From: Toensbergia leucococca
Taxonomy: Eukaryota
Reading direction: 5' to 3'
Length of the DNA stretch: 64,000 nt
Assembly (NCBI GenBank): GCA_022813965.1
Contig: JALDZS010000046.1
Location: 1-64,000 of the forward strand
How positions within the stretch are numbered: position 1 is the stretch's first letter; every line of letters starts with the position of its first letter. Of the stretch, positions 62,051 to 64,000 are shown piece by piece. The notes below the pieces were generated by a model. The model searched no databases and had not been told where the DNA came from. It saw nothing but the letters and a program-made list of their open reading frames with translations. The translations under genes and the position numbers were made by a program.

Positions 62051-62085
62051 CTACCTAGGTAGGTACCTTACGTAGGTACCTACCT
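62051..62085. repeat. TAGGTA/TACCTA-rich palindrome
   Basis: AGGTAGGTACCT (62057..62068), a 5-nt spacer and AGGTACCTACCT (62074..62085) form a perfect 12-bp inverted repeat. A similar motif cluster lies at 23418..23478. Confidence 0.7.
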
Positions 62086-64000
62086 TCATTACCCACTTTG
62101 TGAAGTAGCTTTTCTCTATTGATTCCACTTTTTTAAAACTTCAGTCCCCGCAAACACTCCGCCTAGAATTTGACCGGGCTTTATTAAAATCTTTCCCATA
62201 AATCATAAAGCTAGAATACTATCTGTACGCAGGTGCCTTTGCTCTGCTCGTAGTGGCCGCGAGTATGTCGACAAGTGGCGCCTTTGTGACTATGAAGTGG
62301 TGGATCATGCCGCAGGCTTGGTCGACATGAGGTTTACGTAATCCTTGTCACTGGCTTCATTCGGGTCCGCGGCTCTTGAATCGACCGCTTATTGTGAAGG
62401 TAATTATGAGTTGTCATATTGCCACTCCAGATGGGTACCCGATCCAGTGGTAGAAGGCATATATACAGATATTGCTCGGCTAATGGCAGTGCCGTCAAAA
62501 GGATGCCTTGCTGACTGTGTACCTCGGTTGCCATCGAGATCCCGCTTGGAGCCGGGCCAGGCGGACAGATGGAATTTGGAAATTGGTGGGTGCTGCCTTT
62601 TTTTCTATGCGCAAATTTGGGGGTGTTTGTGGAAGTGGAGACGTCGCCGAATAGAGCAGGCTTCTAGAAGATGTTTGGAAGAATGGAAGATTATTAGCAA
62701 GGCAAGGTGGAGTCAGGGTTGTACCGTGGCGATGATCCACACAGCCTTGCATGACGCTACATGCTACGTGTACGAATAATCTCAATGACACTCGTGACTA
62801 TGCGTCAACAATCCAAAATTAAATCTTTGTTGGAGATGAGATTCAACCAGTAGAAGAGCCACGAATACGGAGGTCCCCCTATTTGAAAATTCTTCATAGC
62901 CACGCACGGATTTTCCTCCGTAAAGCGGCGGCTTATGGGTAAGGCAAGACGCACATTTCGGAGCGGGCAGAGTGTGTCGGCGAATAAGAATCGCGTGCAT
63001 GGAAAAGGCGCTACCAACATTGCTAGGTAGTGCCGATCACACCACCTGGTCCCCCTTGGCTCGATGATGAGTGGGGAGCGGGAGAAAGAAGGTCATTCAG
63101 AGTCGCGCCAAAGAATCCTTAATCATCCTAACGTGATCTTGTCATCCTTGTGGCTGAGGGGTTACCACCGTCCTGTGGTCGAGTGTAGACCAAAGCGAAA
63201 ACGTTTGTCAAGGTAACATTAGCGTAGCTTTGACTTTGTCGAGTCCTGATGTCGGCGGCAGAGAAAGGATCTCTAGTGCAGTGATTGGAAATCAACCATT
63301 GGCTGCCAGGGGGGGGCTCTTCTAGAAGGGCGCCAACAAGCTTCGATTGTTCCATTCTTCGGATTCGTGAGAGATGCACCCAGCCTGCATAACTTAATTT
63401 GACTATTCCTCCTGCCTGGAGTTACATAACCTATCGTCTATCTGCATCATATCACATACCTGGAACATCCACCATTATTCATTATTTCAGGAAGAGAGAG
63501 AAAGAGAAAGACACTCTTTCTAGTCATCGCCGCATCTTATACCACCTGTCGTGTTCTTGCCCTGGACGTGTAAGACTCCGCCTTCGCCTCTTCAATCCCA
63601 CCCACTTGTCTCGCCCTCTCACCTTCGTTCAACTTACTTACCCCACTCATCACCCGGCTTCATCAATCACAAGGACCGTTTGCAACCCTGTTGCTATCCG
63701 CTCTTTGCTACGCAATCCATCTTCAATCTCCGCAGCACTCCGCTTCTATCTCATCGTCCTAGGATTCAAGAAATCCCACACTCCTTTGACAACGGCTCTC
63801 GACACGTTTCGGATATCTGCTGGGGCTGGATCAAGCAGAGAAGCAATCTCGTCAAATCCATCGACGATCAAGTTTTACGATCAAGTTTTGAAGAAAGGCA
63901 CAAGCATTCCCTTCTATAATCTAGAACCATTCACGACTTCCACACACATGCTGCCCCGTCTAATCTCCCACGCCTTATAATATCAACCAATCTCGAATCA

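Noticed and set aside
63399..63980. 193-aa and 122-aa + strand ORFs at the window end
   Set aside because: Non-ATG starts and a pyrimidine-rich composition typical of a 5' UTR or promoter of a gene beyond the window.

Overview
Eukaryotic, intron-containing DNA from a filamentous ascomycete (Pezizomycotina). The evidence is short GT/GC-AG introns with CTRAC/CTRAY branch points and fungus-type protein families. About 15 intact protein-coding genes can be spliced by eye: the bZIP sulfur regulator MetR/CYS-3, an SH3-RasGEF of the Cdc25 family, CENP-N/Chl4, a SET-MYND methyltransferase, 2,2-dialkylglycine decarboxylase, an APC amino-acid permease, an MHYT membrane sensor, Rtt106, Mlh3, PNKP, Med18, Kgd4/Ymr31, RUS1/DUF647 and several hypothetical proteins. 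Between about 19 and 30 kb lies a decayed accessory zone. It holds an alginate-lyase-like relic, an internally deleted pogo/Tc2-type DNA transposon with perfect TIRs, a TA target duplication and RIP-like TGG>TGA stops, a NACHT-NLR pseudogene, a tRNA-like Pol III element and a relic of a RID/Masc1-type cytosine methyltransferase. The most notable non-coding signals are a hairpin-dense metR intron with mutually exclusive pairings and a C/D-box-like structured segment in an RTT106 intron. All calls come from reading the sequence and recalling family motifs; no database searches were run.
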